Virus record (IMG/VR): IMGVR_UViG_3300032239_000780
Location: 1-40,838 of that record
DNA length: 40,838 bases
Reading direction: 5' to 3' (one strand)
DNA from: a virus
Taxonomy: Duplodnaviria; Caudoviricetes
Shown one piece after another: positions 38,077 through 40,838 of the stretch; position 1 is the first letter of the stretch; the number at the start of each line of letters is the position of its first letter. A program made the translations under genes and the position numbers. The notes beneath the pieces were generated by a model, which was not told the origin of the DNA, did no database searches, and saw only the letters and a list, made by a program, of their open reading frames with translations.

Positions 38077-38204
38077 TCTACGTAGTTGCACTTGTCTCGA
38101 TTGCTAACTTGTACCTTAGTGTTATCGTATACTTGCAATTGAAACGTATTACAGGGATGGGGATAGAACTGCCATTCATTCATTACGGAGATAAGTACAT
38201 CTGA
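38073..38204 (+). CDS. 43-aa membrane peptide (not in the ORF track)
   Basis: MIYVVALVSIANLYLSVIVYLQLKR...; overlaps the terL stop and the portal start. Confidence 0.6.
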   Translation: MIYVVALVSIANLYLSVIVYLQLKRITGMGIELPFIHYGDKYI

Positions 38205-40408
38205 TGGCAATACAAGACATGTTGAAAAACCTAATGCCTGGTCAACCTAAGATTATGGCAATGAAAAAGCCAGATAATTACGGGACGCCTGGTAGCTTTG
38301 ACGTCGATAAGTTATTGCTGAATGACGACAGTAAACTTGGACTCGATCACGATAAAGCTGATTGGAAAGTTTCTCCTGAAGAAGATGCAGAAGAAGCCAT
38401 CAAGATTTCCAAGTTAGTTCGAGATCAATTTGAAAAAGCGTACCGCACACGGCATGAAATGGAACTTGAATGGATGCAAGCACTTGCATTCTTTGAAGGC
38501 CGACAATGGTATAAGATTAACAGCCAAGCGCGTAATTTAGCAAGTTTGCAAGATCCATCAGAATCAAATCGTTACATTACAGTCAACAAAATGAGGCCAC
38601 TTATTGATGGTGTAGTTGGCAAATTGACGCAAGTAAGTCCGGACGCACGAGCTGTACCGTTGTCATACAATGATCGCGATCGTGCAGCAGCTGACGAAGC
38701 AAACTTCATTGCCGGTCATTACACTAGAAAATTTAGCCGTGAAACACAACTAAAAGAGCGCGTACGTTGGGCGTGTGTTACTGGAACGTCCTTTGTAAAA
38801 ATCTGGTGGGATAGCAAAGCTGAGCAAGTTATGCCGTATATGGGTCTTGACGGACAGATCCAAGGTTTTGAAAAACTACCAATTGGTGATGTTTGCGAAG
38901 AAATCATTCCATGTTTTAACGTCTATGTAGACCCACATGCGCAAACAGACGAACAAATTCGATGGATGATTCATGCGTCTATCAAACCAATGTCATGGTT
39001 TGTGGACAATTACGGAGAAGCAGGTAAAAAGGTTAAGGCTAACGCTCTTACTGGACAAACGGCAGGTTACGTTGATGCTTATTTGGAGGGAGCAAATGGA
39101 ACTGGACTTGGATGGGTACAGCCTACGTCAGCCCGTCTCAATGCAGCAGATCACAGACGGCATGCATCCATTGTTTATGAATATTGGGAAAAACCTACAT
39201 CACAATATCCAAAAGGTAGATACATCGTCACTACTGACGATGCGTTGCTATACGCTGGCGTGTGGCCATACAACAAACGTGATGAGTTTCCATTTGTGCC
39301 GTTGCGATGGCAACCGCGAAGTGGAACTCCATATGGTCATAGTCTAGGTTACGACTTGTGTCATCTTCAACTGACGTACAACCGAATTTACAGCCGTGCT
39401 GTTGAACAGATGGAGAAGAACAAAGACTACGTAGTTATTGAACGTAGGTCTCGTATTGGTGCAGACGCATTTAACGTAACTGGAGACGATATTGACGACA
39501 AGAATAGGCAATTTAGAAAGATCTATTACGATACCGGTACACATCCTCCGCAGATTCAACGTTCACCGGGCATCAGTGCGGATTTGTTTCCGTTTCTCCA
39601 AGTTATTGAAAAGGACATGGCTGACATTGCTGGACTTCATGACGTCAGTCAGGGAATGGCACAAGCTGGCACTCCAGCTGAATCAGTACGCTTATTACAA
39701 CGAGCTGACAACACTCAGCATAGTTACATCAGAGCAGACATCGAAATTAGTGCAGCAAAAATTAAAGAATGGGAAATCGCTCTCGTTGAACAATTTGCTG
39801 TTGCTCCTTTTATGGGTTCAGTAGACGATCAGATGAATCCAAAAGATCCTGTGCAACAAGGCGTCATCAATTTCGAGGCAATTCGAGATGGTGGACAGTA
39901 CCGTGTTGTGTATGTTCCAGGGTCCTCGCAGGAAGATTCACCAGATCAGAAAATGCAAAAGATTGCAATGCTGCGTCAAATGGGATTATTTGGTGATCCC
40001 GCAGATCCTGACACCAACGCACTTGTTGTCAAGATGTTACAACTACCAGAAACAACACAAATTTTGGATCATTTGGCAGTTCAACAACAAAAAGCTGAAC
40101 AGGCGATGCAACAACAACAAGCCATGCAAGAACAGCAAATGGCTATGCAACAGCAGCAAGTTGAAGCTCAATCTCAACCCAAACAAACGTTTGATCCTGA
40201 AGCTGAACAAATGAAAGCCGAGATTGATATGCAAAAGCAACAAGCAAAATCTGAAGCGGACATGCAGAAGATTGAAGCCCAAAGCCGAGCAAAACGTGAT
40301 GATTACGCAGCACAGAAAATAGCAGACTTACGCCATGAGTTGATGTTAAAACAAATTAATGGCGGAAGCGATCAGGAAAAACCACGTCCTGGTGCAGACA
40401 AACAATAA
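38204..40408 (+). CDS. Portal protein (P22-like, Q-rich C-terminal barrel)
   Basis: Follows TerL; AFFEGRQW, ITVNKMRP, Q-rich coiled-coil tail. Confidence 0.85.
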   Translation: MAIQDMLKNLMPGQPKIMAMKKPDNYGTPGSFDVDKLLLNDDSKLGLDHDKADWKVSPEEDAEEAIKISKLVRDQFEKAYRTRHEMELEWMQALAFFEGRQWYKINSQARNLASLQDPSESNRYITVNKMRPLIDGVVGKLTQVSPDARAVPLSYNDRDRAAADEANFIAGHYTRKFSRETQLKERVRWACVTGTSFVKIWWDSKAEQVMPYMGLDGQIQGFEKLPIGDVCEEIIPCFNVYVDPHAQTDEQIRWMIHASIKPMSWFVDNYGEAGKKVKANALTGQTAGYVDAYLEGANGTGLGWVQPTSARLNAADHRRHASIVYEYWEKPTSQYPKGRYIVTTDDALLYAGVWPYNKRDEFPFVPLRWQPRSGTPYGHSLGYDLCHLQLTYNRIYSRAVEQMEKNKDYVVIERRSRIGADAFNVTGDDIDDKNRQFRKIYYDTGTHPPQIQRSPGISADLFPFLQVIEKDMADIAGLHDVSQGMAQAGTPAESVRLLQRADNTQHSYIRADIEISAAKIKEWEIALVEQFAVAPFMGSVDDQMNPKDPVQQGVINFEAIRDGGQYRVVYVPGSSQEDSPDQKMQKIAMLRQMGLFGDPADPDTNALVVKMLQLPETTQILDHLAVQQQKAEQAMQQQQAMQEQQMAMQQQQVEAQSQPKQTFDPEAEQMKAEIDMQKQQAKSEADMQKIEAQSRAKRDDYAAQKIADLRHELMLKQINGGSDQEKPRPGADKQ

Positions 40409-40434
40409 TAATGTGGTAGATTGAGGGAAACTTA

Positions 40435-40838
40435 ATGTCTGACGAGATGGTGATGCCAACTCCCGATTCACCAGCGGGAGCGACGGACACGGGTTTGCGC
40501 GATGCATTCGCTGGCTTTATCCAGGAGAACGCCGATTCTGGACAAGAGGCACAAGGGGCGATAGGTGCCGTAGACGCCGGTTTAGATGTAGATAACGATT
40601 CGTATTTGAATGATTTATTGGGAGTTGAAACTCCTGGTAATGTTCCTTACGAGCGTTTTCGCGAGGTCAATGAACGTGCAAAACAAGCAGATACGCTCAG
40701 TAACGAGTTTGAAGCTTGGCGCGGTGTTATTGACGAATTCAAGCAACTTGGTTACAACAGCGCAGCTGATATTCAAGCAGCTTTGGAAGCTCAACAACAA
40801 GCTTCCGAAGAAGCTGAAATCGCACAGCGTTACCAACA
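40435..40838 (+). CDS. Scaffolding protein, 3'-truncated
   Basis: Acidic N-terminus and VPYERFREVNER motif; follows the portal; open to the window end. Confidence 0.7.
   Translation, partial: MSDEMVMPTPDSPAGATDTGLRDAFAGFIQENADSGQEAQGAIGAVDAGLDVDNDSYLNDLLGVETPGNVPYERFREVNERAKQADTLSNEFEAWRGVIDEFKQLGYNSAADIQAALEAQQQASEEAEIAQRYQ

Noticed and set aside
1-40838. tRNA, rRNA, integrase, transposase or reverse transcriptase genes
   Set aside because: None recognised by eye; lifestyle cannot be determined from this window.

Overview
A fragment of a tailed dsDNA phage genome with a P22-like portal; no integrase or DNA polymerase is visible in the window. From left to right it holds: (1) the 3' part of a giant virion/ejection-type protein gene (>3250 aa, open from the window edge) with polyvalent-protein motifs; (2) a leftward replication/recombination operon (DnaB, G39P-like loader/inhibitor, HTH initiator with internal iterons, LmbU-like, Gam/Gp157-like, Rad52/Sak-like, VRR-NUC-like) preceded by small hypothetical genes; (3) at about 19.9-26.3 kb, a cassette-like array of nine leftward transcription units separated by ten copies of a ~180-bp multi-part intergenic element; (4) a C-rich divergence point, then mostly rightward genes (3D-domain protein, thermonuclease, dUTPase, DUF3310-like, CHAP lysin, XRE, SSB, small basic proteins, TerS, TerL, portal, start of scaffold). 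The repeated element is the most unusual feature. It combines a terminator, a covarying G-U hairpin on the antisense strand, a pair of covarying direct repeats exactly 16 bp apart, fixed-spacing conserved boxes and a covarying hairpin around the Shine-Dalgarno (SD). All family calls come from motifs recognised by eye, not from database searches.
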